DNA of 64,000 nucleotides from Candidatus Poribacteria bacterium. Lineage in GTDB: Bacteria > Poribacteria > WGA-4E > PCPOR2b. How positions within the stretch are numbered: the first letter of the stretch is position 1; every line of letters starts with the position of its first letter. The translations under genes were made by a program, and so were the position numbers. This document shows positions 48,692-59,359 of the stretch, in pieces. The stretch is taken from the NCBI GenBank assembly GCA_965198175.1, contig OZ240245.1, positions 1,696,001 to 1,760,000 of the forward strand, read 5' to 3'. The notes under the pieces were generated by a model. The model had not been told where the DNA came from. It worked only from the letters and a program-made list of their open reading frames with translations, and made no database searches.

Positions 48692-48809
48692 AATAGTTTA
48701 TGCATTAGGTTATCGTATGACACTCATTAGAGAAGTAAAATGGCAATAATTTCCCCACACATTACACATCACGCCTTAATTTCTAGATAGAATCGAAAGG
48801 AGTTTGCAA

Positions 48810-51800
48810 ATGAAACGCAGGTTTCTCCTGTCCATCAGGTTCGTATTGGTTATCGGTTTACTCGCTGGATGTGGTGAGAAAGAAGATGAAGACTTGCTTG
48901 AGGCGCGAAAGGCGATGGATGATGCAAATTATACCGTTGCTCAAACTGCGATACAAGCCGCGCTTTCGAGCAAACCCGATCACCTCGAAGCCTTATCACT
49001 ACAAGAATTGCTTCAGTTACGCGCAGCCTCAAGCGCAGGCTGGAAAACGGAAGCGATTGACTGGCACAGCGCGATAGAAAAAATTCTCGGTCATTTACAA
49101 CCCCTGAAGAATGAGATTTACGTATCGGAGTCACTCGAAGATCCAGATTCGGATGAGTTGGATCAACTCGAATGGCTTATTCGATCTCGAAATTCGATTG
49201 TTGGAGCCCTTGCTAACTCACTCGCCGAAGCTGTTGAGCAAAACCCGAAGCTCCTTTCAGCTTTAGCTAGTCAAGCAAATTCCGTTGTCATTACGATGTT
49301 ACTGGAGGCAGAAAATTGCTTTCATCCAAAGCATCGTCAAGCCTCATTCACACTAATCCAGCAACTTAGTAATAAAGGATTGGTTTACAATCTGTTGGTT
49401 GATGAAATTCAAAACCCCGATGCCGCAATAAGAAAACAGGCGATAAAGCATTTAGGAAACCTGAAAGATCCGAGGCTCATTCGGGAACTAGAATTCGTTC
49501 TGAAGAAAAAAGACGAATCTCCCGATGTGCTGTACGAGGCAATTGTGGCTCTAGAAGGGTTAAAAGACCAGCAGATGATTATCCCCGCACTGAAGCTCGC
49601 AACAAAAACTAACGTAGCACAAGTACGCATGCTAGCCGCAAAGTTGCTCGGTCTACTGAATGCCAAAGATCCCATAGCAGATTTAGTCCGGTTGCTCGCA
49701 GATGCCAATGAATACGTAAAAAACAGCGCGATGACCGCCCTGATTCAGATTGGGCCGTCATCAATCAATCCTTTGATTGCGGTACTAGATTCAGGGGCTG
49801 AAAACGTAATTCCAGAGGAAGACGACGACCCTAATTTCAGAAATGAGTATCAGTACATTGCAAATGTCTATATTGATACAGACCGGCTGAAAAACCGTCG
49901 GATCAGCACCCAAGCCGCAGCGATTCAAACGCTTGGTGCCTTAAGAGCTAGGAAAGCTGTTGGGCGGCTAGTCAATCTTTTTGAAGATGATGATTTACAT
50001 GGAGATGCAGCCAGTGCGTTGACCGCAATGAAGGAAGTTGCTGTTCCCCATCTGATTCAAGCGCTACGTTATCCGTCGTTTAGTGTCAGCGCTGTGTTCC
50101 AGAGCGATTTAAACAACGGAAACATCTCAGATAATTTGCAACGGGCGTTGGAAAATCATGGCATCTCCCTTTCCCAAAATGCCTCCATTTTCATTGAGGA
50201 GGAAGGCAGCAAATGGTTGATAACTGATAAAGCTAAGCATAAAAAAAGAACATATACCGTCAGAAAGGAAGCGGATAACCTAAAAGTTTCGAGAGATGTT
50301 GTCAGGATTCGGACTGCTGAAGTGATGGACAAGATTGGGGATTTGCGAACGTTGAACTCTCTCAGCCAAGCCCTAAAGAACGATCCGAGAAAGGAAGTCA
50401 AAGCGGCAGCGGCTAAGTCCCTTGGTACAATGAAAACCCCTGGCAGGAATAACATCGCTGTTGATGCACTAACTCAGTCCCTTAATCTAGATGATACAAC
50501 TGCGACTAACGCTGCCATTGCACTCGGGCATATCAATATTAAGAATGAGCGAGCAATCCGCAAACTCATCGCAATGGCGATTGACAAACGTGGACGCGAG
50601 ACGATAAGGAGGGCAGCACTTTCCGCATTAAGTCAACTCAAGCCAATCGAAGCCGTTCAGCCAATGATGCGGTTGATGTTTAGCGATGAAACTAGCGAAA
50701 TCATTCGGAAGGAAGCGGTGACGGTCTTGGGAGAAATCAAAGCGCAAGAAACGGTGCCTGCGCTTTTATGGGTTTTGTCCACACGCTATGAAGACGTTAA
50801 GGATTTTCAACGGCACATGAAAAGGCAGCACAAGACCCTTGCGGAATTGGGTGCTGCTGTTGATGCCTTGGGTATTCAATGGACGCCTGAATATCCCCAA
50901 CCCGATTACCAAAAGTGGGGAGAGTTAAAGCCGATTCCGGGACCTGTTAGAAGCGAGGCAGCCATCACACTTGGTAAGATCAAAGGAAACTTGCAGTTTA
51001 CTAGCACTGAATTAGCGATGTATGTCACCGATCTGAACAGTGGCAAGATTCCAGAAAATTTACGACAAGCATTTAAAAATAATGAAATTGCACTTTCTCA
51101 AAACCCCACTATTTCAGTTGACCGAGCAAGTGAGATTTGGTTTGTAACCGATAAGGAAAATCAGCAACGGTACCATTTCCGGAAAGTTGGGGACAATCTA
51201 AACATCTACACCCAAGGTGACGCGGTATTGGATGCGCTGTTCAATGCCCTGAAGGACGACGAGCGTGCAGCTGTGCGTCGGAGTGCTGCGCTAGCTTTGG
51301 GAGAAATCAATGGAGAGTCCGTTATCTCCCCTTTGATAGATGCGCTTAAGAAGGATGAGCAAGGAATTGTGCGGCAGGAGGCTGCGGCTGCGTTCAGCAA
51401 AATCAAAGGGGAGAAGGTGGTCGGGCCTCTGTTAACGTCGCTCAAAAAGGACAAGTTTGAAAAAACTCGTAAACAAGCAGCAATAACTTTGCGTGAACTG
51501 AAGCAAGAGTTAGCGGACGCTGGGTTGGTCAATGTGTTGAAAAAGGGCCTGGGTCCCTTCGAAGAAAAGCACGAGGTCCAATCCGTTATGAATGAAGTGA
51601 TTGCTTCTCTCATCAAAGATGGCAATGAGTCTACAGTCAATTTTCTGCTTGACGCGCTGAAATCCGTCGATGATGATGAAGAATGGATACGCTGGGCAGC
51701 TGTGCATACAATCGGAGAAATCCGAGCAAAGTCAGACAAGGTAATAATGACGGCTGTGCTGCATCAAGACATTACGGCTGCGATTCGCCAAGAGTTGGCG

Positions 51801-53102
51801 CATGAGAGCTACCTTATTCGCAAGGAGGCAGTTGCTGCGCTTGGAAAGCTCAAAGATCGAAAAGCTGTTGCAGACTTAATCAAGGTGCTTGAAGATACGT
51901 ATGAGTCTAAGTCAATTCGAGCGTCGGCTGCCACGTCATTGGGGATGTTGCTTGACGAGCATGCATCCGCCCCACTCCTTGCTGCGTTAGATGACGAGCA
52001 TGCTGAAGTTCGATTGCAGGCTGCGACAGCATTGGGCGTTATCAAAGGCGCCAACGCTGTCAATAAACTAGTTGAAATTCTCCAAACCCCTTTGGAAGAT
52101 TCATCAGTGCGGGCGGCTTGTGTAACAGCGCTTGGATTGATTGGCGACAACAGCTCGGAAGCTGTAATCCTTCGCATTTTCAGGGCAGAAACTGGAACTG
52201 CCTACAGCAGCGCAATCACGACACTAGGAAAACTTAAGAGTAGCGGAGCCGTGATAGAATTGATAGCGATTCTCGAAGATCGAAGCATGGAATCAGACAC
52301 CCGTATAAAAGCCGCCGATGCGCTCGCGGCAATTGGCGATAGCCGTGCTGCTGAATCAATAAGCAGACGGCTCGTTGACGACACAGAATATGGAGTGACA
52401 ATAACACCGGATACATTTTCCCACAACCCGGTGTTTGAGGCATTCGTCAAAGCTTCCAAATCGTTTCAACTGCCGGCGTTCGTTGCACACAAGATGATTG
52501 AGCGAATCGAGAGGAGTAAACCTGAAAGTTGGCCTATTAAGACTGCAGCCGCTAATGCACTTGGAAGGTCCAAAACTCCAGAAGCCATCTTGAGGCTCAG
52601 AGAACTGCTGACTGACCGGAGAAAAGAAGTCCGTCAGTCCACAGCGCTTGGCATTGGTGAAGGCAAGCTTCAAGAACTTCAAGATGAAATTGTGAAAATA
52701 ATGAAAGGTGAAACAGAAGCGGATAAAGATGTGCGACGCGGGGCGACGCAAGGTGTGGGTGAATTTGCAGACCCATCGACTGTGCCAGATCTCATCGAAG
52801 TATTCAACACTGAGACTAATAATGAGGAGATTCGTCGCGATGCTGCAATTGCGCTTGGAAAAATAGGGACTGACGCCGCTGTATCCGCATTGATTGAGAA
52901 AATACAAGCCCTTCCGGCTAGTCAGACGACTAAAAATCTGAGGCTAGACATCATCAAGGGACTTTCCGCATCCAAGCATCGAAGCGCTATACCTGTACTC
53001 GAAACGGTTTTGGACGATGAAGATCCTGAGATTCATTTCTGGACAGCAGACGCCCTATTCCAAATTACCGGTAAAGGGTATCGGTATCACCGCGCGGGCT
53101 AG
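48810..53102 (+). CDS. Large HEAT/PBS-lyase repeat lipoprotein with two inserted ~70-aa modules
   Basis: Lipobox LLAG-C after a hydrophobic stretch; many VR..AA.ALG.I repeats. Confidence 0.85.
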   Translation: MKRRFLLSIRFVLVIGLLAGCGEKEDEDLLEARKAMDDANYTVAQTAIQAALSSKPDHLEALSLQELLQLRAASSAGWKTEAIDWHSAIEKILGHLQPLKNEIYVSESLEDPDSDELDQLEWLIRSRNSIVGALANSLAEAVEQNPKLLSALASQANSVVITMLLEAENCFHPKHRQASFTLIQQLSNKGLVYNLLVDEIQNPDAAIRKQAIKHLGNLKDPRLIRELEFVLKKKDESPDVLYEAIVALEGLKDQQMIIPALKLATKTNVAQVRMLAAKLLGLLNAKDPIADLVRLLADANEYVKNSAMTALIQIGPSSINPLIAVLDSGAENVIPEEDDDPNFRNEYQYIANVYIDTDRLKNRRISTQAAAIQTLGALRARKAVGRLVNLFEDDDLHGDAASALTAMKEVAVPHLIQALRYPSFSVSAVFQSDLNNGNISDNLQRALENHGISLSQNASIFIEEEGSKWLITDKAKHKKRTYTVRKEADNLKVSRDVVRIRTAEVMDKIGDLRTLNSLSQALKNDPRKEVKAAAAKSLGTMKTPGRNNIAVDALTQSLNLDDTTATNAAIALGHINIKNERAIRKLIAMAIDKRGRETIRRAALSALSQLKPIEAVQPMMRLMFSDETSEIIRKEAVTVLGEIKAQETVPALLWVLSTRYEDVKDFQRHMKRQHKTLAELGAAVDALGIQWTPEYPQPDYQKWGELKPIPGPVRSEAAITLGKIKGNLQFTSTELAMYVTDLNSGKIPENLRQAFKNNEIALSQNPTISVDRASEIWFVTDKENQQRYHFRKVGDNLNIYTQGDAVLDALFNALKDDERAAVRRSAALALGEINGESVISPLIDALKKDEQGIVRQEAAAAFSKIKGEKVVGPLLTSLKKDKFEKTRKQAAITLRELKQELADAGLVNVLKKGLGPFEEKHEVQSVMNEVIASLIKDGNESTVNFLLDALKSVDDDEEWIRWAAVHTIGEIRAKSDKVIMTAVLHQDITAAIRQELAHESYLIRKEAVAALGKLKDRKAVADLIKVLEDTYESKSIRASAATSLGMLLDEHASAPLLAALDDEHAEVRLQAATALGVIKGANAVNKLVEILQTPLEDSSVRAACVTALGLIGDNSSEAVILRIFRAETGTAYSSAITTLGKLKSSGAVIELIAILEDRSMESDTRIKAADALAAIGDSRAAESISRRLVDDTEYGVTITPDTFSHNPVFEAFVKASKSFQLPAFVAHKMIERIERSKPESWPIKTAAANALGRSKTPEAILRLRELLTDRRKEVRQSTALGIGEGKLQELQDEIVKIMKGETEADKDVRRGATQGVGEFADPSTVPDLIEVFNTETNNEEIRRDAAIALGKIGTDAAVSALIEKIQALPASQTTKNLRLDIIKGLSASKHRSAIPVLETVLDDEDPEIHFWTADALFQITGKGYRYHRAG

Positions 53103-53334
53103 ACTGTAAGTGCGGGTCGGTTGGAGCGGGAGAGCAATCGAAAGGGCAATTGCCGTAAATGCGCCGAAGCTGAAGGATTCAGAGCTTACGATATTGATAT
53201 GGCTGCTCTAAGGCAGGATAATCGCCGTGCACACTTCTAATCAAATCCTGGTGTAAGATTACAAGTCAACAGGGTGGATTATTACATGTTCTATACCCGA
53301 TTGCTCCGTTTTGGTACGCGTGAACGGTTACCTT

Positions 53335-53577
53335 TTAGTCTTCGCATTCGGTACGATTTGTATCTTCTACAACAGTGCCTTCCTTCAGGAAATCCAGAGC
53401 CTTGGTATAGCTTCGACGTTTCAGATAGTGAATCAGCATTGGCGGCGCCGTTGTTGCAATTTCTTGATGAATTTTCTCAATTTGGTTAAGTGCTTCGATG
53501 ATATTCTGCTTTTTTGCAATGCTGTCAAACATCGATTCCAGATTTTGTTTCAGGGTTATTGTTTGTTCTGCTGTCAT
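53335..53577 (-). CDS. Small hypothetical protein
   Basis: SD GGAGG and upstream TTGACG-17-TATAAT (53658-53630); motif L.HYL.RRSY.KALDFL. Confidence 0.7.
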   Translation of the reverse strand: MTAEQTITLKQNLESMFDSIAKKQNIIEALNQIEKIHQEIATTAPPMLIHYLKRRSYTKALDFLKEGTVVEDTNRTECED

Positions 53578-53740
53578 GAGATACCTCCATAAAACGTTGA
53601 ATCGAAACTCAAATCTATTACGATTTTAAATTATACCGCATCATTCACCTCCCGTCAAAAAAAATCTCTTCGACCACCCACTGCCATGAACACCTTCAGA
53701 TTTTCTTAGCAGGGCTGCATTGTTGACTAGGGAAAAACCT

Positions 53741-54376
53741 ATGAAAAGCATTGGTGTATTCCATGTCATCACCGATACAACCACCCAAACTCAGTTCACC
53801 CATTACCAGTTAGCAGAGATGGCAATCAAAGGCGGCGCCGATACCATTCAGTTTCGGCAGAAAACTGGGACGACCCGTCAGTTGGTTGAAACAGTGCAAG
53901 GACTTCAATCCATTTGTAGGCGGTGCGGGATTCCCCTAATCGTCAACGATCGAGCGGATATCGCGCTATCCGCTTGCACGGCAGGAGTACACTTTGGACA
54001 AGACGATCTACCAATTGCAATCGGACGTCGAATCTTCCCACAGAAGACCATCATCGGTGCCTCTGCGCGCACCCAAGAACAGCTACTGCAAGCCGTCGCA
54101 GATGGTGCTGACTACATTGGGTTCGGGCCCATTTACAGGACATTTTCGAAACCGGACGCCGAATCTCCAAGAGGTTTGGAGGCTCTTCGAAAGATGTCCG
54201 AAATTGCCAATTGCCCTGTCATTGCGATTGGCGGTATCACTGCTGATACTGCTTATGAAGTCATCCGTGCAGGAGCGCATGGAGTCGCTGTCATTTCAGC
54301 CGTGTGTGCACAACCGGATCCAGCTCTAGCAACACGTCAATTCCTTGCCGAGATTGAGCGTGCAAAACATGAGTGA
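53741..54376 (+). CDS. thiE: Thiamine phosphate synthase
   Basis: IQFRQK, IVNDR.DIA, GVHFGQDD, DYIGFGPI..T.SK, PVIAIGGI. Confidence 0.93.
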   Translation: MKSIGVFHVITDTTTQTQFTHYQLAEMAIKGGADTIQFRQKTGTTRQLVETVQGLQSICRRCGIPLIVNDRADIALSACTAGVHFGQDDLPIAIGRRIFPQKTIIGASARTQEQLLQAVADGADYIGFGPIYRTFSKPDAESPRGLEALRKMSEIANCPVIAIGGITADTAYEVIRAGAHGVAVISAVCAQPDPALATRQFLAEIERAKHE

Positions 54377-54533
54377 TACAGCATTGTAACGTTACCTGCC
54401 GGAAAAAAGAGATTTTGTTTCTCAACACAGAACAGAAATTCGTATTGGTTGTTCTGCTTTTTGCTGTCGCGCGTCGAAGAAAGTTCCATTTTCTTTTTCA
54501 CGAATTGATGGAAGGGGTGTATGAACTCACGAG

Positions 54534-55661
54534 ATGCAAATTAAGCCGCTAATTTCCCCAGATGAATTTGTAGGGCTAGAAGGTGTCACACATCTGTGCG
54601 TGGGCGGTGAGGCGCCTTGGCTGAAAGCTCAGGAATTGGTGTACGCAGACTTTGCGCGATTGAAAAGTGCTGGTTCTGACGGACGGGTAGAGATTTACGC
54701 GCGAGGCGAGCGATGCAGAGGACGGATGTCCCTACTTTGGAACGTTTCGCCGGATCGGATTGCATTCATGCCATCAGCGGCGGAGGGGATGAACTGGTTG
54801 GCGCGTGGTCTCGACTGGCAATCGGGCGATAACGTGGTGACAACGAACTTGGAGTTTCCATCGGTGGCCTACGCTTGGAGACGCCTCAAATCTCAGGGAG
54901 TAGAGGTTCGGTTTGTGCCTCACCGCAACTGGATTGTACACGAGGAAGATTTGCTGGAGGCGGTAGATGCCCGAACGCGGGTATTGGCAGTAAGTCATGT
55001 GAGTTTTTATACAGGACAATGTTTGAACCTTCAACAGCTTTCGGATGGAGTGCGGTGGAAGGGTGCGCTCTTTGCAGTGGATGCAACGCACTCATCAGGA
55101 GTCTTGAGCGTACCTGCGGAGTTAACAGATCTGACGGTTAGTAGCAGTTATAAGTGGATGCTCGCTACGCATGGGGTCGCACCATGCTATTTAAGCACTC
55201 GGGCGGAGGAACAGATTGACGCTTCTTGTTTTGGATGGCGTAACTTAGCGGTATGGCCAGCACAACAAGCTGAGCGACTACCGGAGACAGCGGAAAAACC
55301 CATGCCCTATCTTTTAGAGCCGGGAAATCCTGCGATGCTAGTGATGATGCATCTTGACGGGGCACTGGAGGTTTTGCTATCGATTGGCATAGAACGCATT
55401 GAGCATCACGCCCGCTCTCTGTCCGAACAGGTCAGTGCTGGACTGGAGCATCTGGGATTTACGGTTATCACCCCTCAGCACCGTGCCGCGCGATCGGGCA
55501 ATACCTGTTTTCGGATTGAGGATGCTGAAGGCATTCAGAATCAACTGGCTGAGCAGAGAGTGTTGTGCTGGGGTGAATTTGGCCGCGTGCGGATTTCGAC
55601 TCATGTCTACAATGGGAGTTCTGATGTTACATATTTTCTTAAAGTGCTGTCAGAATTGTAA
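54534..55661 (+). CDS. Class V PLP aminotransferase / cysteine desulfurase-like
   Basis: LEFPS, VSHV...TG, VDATHS.G, SSYKWM, RISTH.YN. Confidence 0.88.
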   Translation: MQIKPLISPDEFVGLEGVTHLCVGGEAPWLKAQELVYADFARLKSAGSDGRVEIYARGERCRGRMSLLWNVSPDRIAFMPSAAEGMNWLARGLDWQSGDNVVTTNLEFPSVAYAWRRLKSQGVEVRFVPHRNWIVHEEDLLEAVDARTRVLAVSHVSFYTGQCLNLQQLSDGVRWKGALFAVDATHSSGVLSVPAELTDLTVSSSYKWMLATHGVAPCYLSTRAEEQIDASCFGWRNLAVWPAQQAERLPETAEKPMPYLLEPGNPAMLVMMHLDGALEVLLSIGIERIEHHARSLSEQVSAGLEHLGFTVITPQHRAARSGNTCFRIEDAEGIQNQLAEQRVLCWGEFGRVRISTHVYNGSSDVTYFLKVLSEL

Positions 55662-55761
55662 CCAACTGAGGCGGGGGTTGCTAAATTCTGCTTTCACCCA
55701 AAGCATGCAAGCCACAGGATGTACAGATAACCCCAAGGAAAACACTTAACAGATTCCTCTG

Positions 55762-56925
55762 ATGAATAAAACCAAAGTGCACACGGTCGGCATAATCATG
55801 AACGGGGTAACCGGTCGGATGGGAACCAATCAGCATCTGCTTCGCTCAATCTTAGCTATCATTAAGCAAGGCGGACTGGAAATTGGCGATTCGGAAGTCA
55901 TTATGCCTGATCCGATACTGGTTGGTCGTAATCCTGCCAAACTAGAGGAACTATCTCAATTATCCGGCGTAGAAAAGTGGACGACAGATTTGGAGAACGC
56001 ACTGTCCGATTCGGCTTACCCCGTTTATTTTGATTCGCAGACTACTTCAATGCGGGTCGATTCGGTGCAAAAGGCGATTGCCGCCGGGAAACATGTCTAT
56101 TGCGAAAAACCAACGGCTACCACTACTCAGGAGGCTTATCATTTATATCAACTCGCGGCGAAAGGGAAGCTCAAAAACGGTGTTGTTCAGGACAAGCTCT
56201 GGTTACCCGGCATGGAAAAATTAGAACGCCTAATTGAAAAGGGAACTTTAGGCAGAATCCTGTCGGTTCGCGGAGAGTTCGGATATTGGGTTTTTGAAGG
56301 GGACACTATTCCCACACAGCGACCATCTTGGAACTATCGCAACGAGAACGGAGGTGGGATTATCCTAGATATGCTCTGTCACTGGCGTTATTTACTCGAC
56401 AACCTTTTTGGAAATGTAAAAGCAGTCTCCTGTTTCGGCGCAACACATGTTAAAACTCGCTGGGATGAATCGGGAAAGCCTTATCAATGTACCGCTGAGG
56501 ACGCCGCATATGCAACTTTTGATTTGGAAGGCGATATTGTGGCTCAATTCAATTCATCTTGGGCGGTACGGGTACGACGTGACGATTTGCTAACCCTTCA
56601 AGTTGACGGAACAAAAGGCTCTGCCATTACCGGATTGCGAGACTGCTGGATTCAACCGCTTGGGGGAACCCCGTATTCCATTTGGAATCCCGATATCGAA
56701 CAACCCATTGATTTTTGGGAAGGTTGGCTTAAAGTTACGGATCAGGAAAGTTACGACAATGCATTTAAGGTGCAGTGGGAACTTTTCCTCAAGTATGTTG
56801 TCAAAGATGAGCCATTTCCCTGGGATTTTTTGGAAGGTGCAAAGGGCGTGCAGTTGGCTGAAAAAGGGATGGAATCCTGGAAAACGCGCGCTTGGGTCGA
56901 TTTGCCTGAACTTAAGCCGATGTGA
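55762..56925 (+). CDS. Gfo/Idh/MocA oxidoreductase
   Basis: NGVTGRMG, GKHVYCEKP, GGGIILDM..H. Confidence 0.9.
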   Translation: MNKTKVHTVGIIMNGVTGRMGTNQHLLRSILAIIKQGGLEIGDSEVIMPDPILVGRNPAKLEELSQLSGVEKWTTDLENALSDSAYPVYFDSQTTSMRVDSVQKAIAAGKHVYCEKPTATTTQEAYHLYQLAAKGKLKNGVVQDKLWLPGMEKLERLIEKGTLGRILSVRGEFGYWVFEGDTIPTQRPSWNYRNENGGGIILDMLCHWRYLLDNLFGNVKAVSCFGATHVKTRWDESGKPYQCTAEDAAYATFDLEGDIVAQFNSSWAVRVRRDDLLTLQVDGTKGSAITGLRDCWIQPLGGTPYSIWNPDIEQPIDFWEGWLKVTDQESYDNAFKVQWELFLKYVVKDEPFPWDFLEGAKGVQLAEKGMESWKTRAWVDLPELKPM

Positions 56926-57123
56926 TACCGAATTACGTTCTTGAGTTTCAAATAAATCTGCAGCATCAGTTGGAACATCAGCACACATCAACATGCGCCG
57001 TGGAAGCACCAAAAATCACGGCGATTGAATGATTAGTTACTATTACTTCGTGAGAAGCGTCATCTATGCCCTTGTGATGCGCATAGAATTGCAATCCACA
57101 CGCCTAGGAGGCGATAACAGAAC

Positions 57124-58572
57124 ATGGAAATACCACTGGCAAAAATTGACGAATATCGATGGCGCATTCCAAAAAGCTATATGCAGGGGATGCGTGTTGA
57201 TGGGATAGTCTATGCGAATGAGAAATTGCTCCAGCAAGCTAAGAGCGACGAAGCGTTACAACAGGTTGCCAACGTGGCGCATTTGCCGGGAATCGTCAAG
57301 TATTCACTTGCGATGCCAGATCTGCACTGGGGTTATGGCTTCGTGATTGGTGGCGTTGCGGCGACAGATCCGCACGCGGATGGCGTCGTCTCTCCGGGCG
57401 GAATTGGCTACGATCTAAACTGCGGTGTGCGTCTGGTACGTACTAACCTCGACATAAAACAGGTAGAAGGCAAAACCAAAAGTCTTGTGGGGAAGTTATT
57501 TGACAACATTCCTTGTGGCGTTGGATCGAGTGGTAGGATACGGCTCTCAGTTCAGGAAGAGAAGGAGATGCTTACGAAAGGATCGCGCTGGGCGATTGAG
57601 CGCGAATACGGACATATCGAAGATCTCCAATTTACAGAGGCAAACGGATTTCTGGAATTCGCCGACTCTGACGCACCTAGCAAACGCGCACTAGAGCGTG
57701 GGAAAAACCAACTCGGCACGCTCGGTTCCGGGAATCACTTCCTAGAAGTTCAAGTCGTCGATCGAGTTCTCTATCGTGAAGCTGCAGAGGTCATGGGGTT
57801 AACCGAAGGTCAAATTTGTGTGATGATTCACACGGGTTCACGTGGTTTCGGCTACCAGGTGTGTGACGAGCATGTCAAGACATGGATTGAGGTTGCCCGA
57901 AGGTATGGAATCAATCTCCCCGACCGCCAACTCGCAGCCGCGCCAATTAACTCAAGAGAAGGAGAAGACTATATCGCGGCAATGGCTTGTGGCGCAAACT
58001 ATGCCTGGAATAATCGTCAGTGCATCATGCACTGGGTACGTCAGGTATTCATGGCTTTCTTTGATGCTAGCGAAGATGAACTAGGACTGGAGTTAGTTTA
58101 CGATGTTGCTCATAACATTGGGAAATTTGAGAAACATCTTGTCGATGGTGTGGAACGTGAACTGTTCATACATCGCAAAGGTGCGACGCGAGCGTTTCCA
58201 GCCGGTCATCCTGAAATTCCTGAGAAGTACCAGAAAATCGGGCAGCCTGTCCTGATTCCCGGCGACATGGGAACCGCATCTTACGTCCTCGTTGGCAGCC
58301 CATCGGCGATGGAACAGACTTGGGGGACAACCTGCCACGGCGCAGGACGTATGCTATCCCGTCGTAAGGCGGTGGAGTTGACAAAAGGTCGTGCAATTGC
58401 TCAGTATCTTGAAAAACAGGGAATTTTTGTGCGGGCAAAAGGCCGGCGCACACTCCACGAGGAAGTTCCCGAAGCTTACAAAGATGTCGATGAGGTTGTC
58501 AAGGTTGTTGATGCGGCAGGTCTCTCACGGCGTGTCGCGCGCTTGCGTCCAATCGGTGTCGTAAAGGGCTAA
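57124..58572 (+). CDS. rtcB: RNA 3'-phosphate/5'-OH ligase RtcB
   Basis: MPDLHWGYGF.IGGV, GYDLNCG, GSGNHFLE, HTGSRG, DVAHN, HRKGAT, CHGAGR, E.PEAYK. Confidence 0.97.
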   Translation: MEIPLAKIDEYRWRIPKSYMQGMRVDGIVYANEKLLQQAKSDEALQQVANVAHLPGIVKYSLAMPDLHWGYGFVIGGVAATDPHADGVVSPGGIGYDLNCGVRLVRTNLDIKQVEGKTKSLVGKLFDNIPCGVGSSGRIRLSVQEEKEMLTKGSRWAIEREYGHIEDLQFTEANGFLEFADSDAPSKRALERGKNQLGTLGSGNHFLEVQVVDRVLYREAAEVMGLTEGQICVMIHTGSRGFGYQVCDEHVKTWIEVARRYGINLPDRQLAAAPINSREGEDYIAAMACGANYAWNNRQCIMHWVRQVFMAFFDASEDELGLELVYDVAHNIGKFEKHLVDGVERELFIHRKGATRAFPAGHPEIPEKYQKIGQPVLIPGDMGTASYVLVGSPSAMEQTWGTTCHGAGRMLSRRKAVELTKGRAIAQYLEKQGIFVRAKGRRTLHEEVPEAYKDVDEVVKVVDAAGLSRRVARLRPIGVVKG

Positions 58573-58578
58573 TAACCT

Positions 58579-59124
58579 TTAGTATTCGTCAAAATTCACA
58601 ACCTTCCAGTGACCATTGATTAATTCCGTATAAAGCACAGCATTGCGAGACGGAATCGAGCTCTCAGCATCCTTGATTATCAGTCGATACCTGAAAAATA
58701 CTCGCTTTTGTTCGACGACGCGGTCCACCTCTCCACCAGATATTGTCATTGTCTCGCCATCACGGGTTTTAATTGTGACTGTTGTCGGTACGATATCTTC
58801 ATTTCCTTCAACTACGCCGATGATTTCTGTCCCGTTCTTGAGCCGGACAACGCTTTCATCATAGATTTTTTTCCCGATCATTTTATACTTGATTTTCGGT
58901 TGGGCTTCCGGCGCTTCACCCGGTTGCCGAACATCTCGCAATAGCTCGATTTCCGATTTCAACTTCTCTTCAGCCAACGCTGCGCTCAAACGCAGGGCAG
59001 CTTTCTGGTTCGCTCGCAGATAGTAGTTATAGATGAAATCTTCAGCAACGTCTTCCGGCAAGTTTCTATCTGAACACGCAAACGTAAACAATATGAGGCT
59101 GGAGCTAATCCATAACCTTTTCAT
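58579..59124 (-). CDS. Hypothetical lipoprotein
   Basis: Lipobox TFA-C; P..VAE.F...YY start and G.WKV end, with an internal Sm-like beta segment. Confidence 0.65.
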   Translation of the reverse strand: MKRLWISSSLILFTFACSDRNLPEDVAEDFIYNYYLRANQKAALRLSAALAEEKLKSEIELLRDVRQPGEAPEAQPKIKYKMIGKKIYDESVVRLKNGTEIIGVVEGNEDIVPTTVTIKTRDGETMTISGGEVDRVVEQKRVFFRYRLIIKDAESSIPSRNAVLYTELINGHWKVVNFDEY

Positions 59125-59359
59125 GCGATATTCCTAATACTTCGCGCCTGAGTTCCCCATATTTTCGGAAGACTCAAACCTGTGATGTGATTCATAAATG
59201 GGAGACAATCGGATTCATCATCCTTAACTTTGAGTTTGTCCTAGAATAGTGAATTAGTAGTAGTTTAATCAGATTTCTAGCCCCGATTCAAGGAGCGGGG
59301 AAAATTGCACGATACTCGCACAACGATGCTCATGCTCTTCTTGTAACGCCAAAAACCGT

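Noticed and set aside
50079..51209. Inteins as the explanation for the 70-aa inserts
   Set aside because: Too short for a Hint domain and lacking the N-terminal Cys/Ser and C-terminal His-Asn.
53580..53740. TPP riboswitch upstream of thiE
   Set aside because: The conserved CTGAGA and associated TPP motifs are not present.
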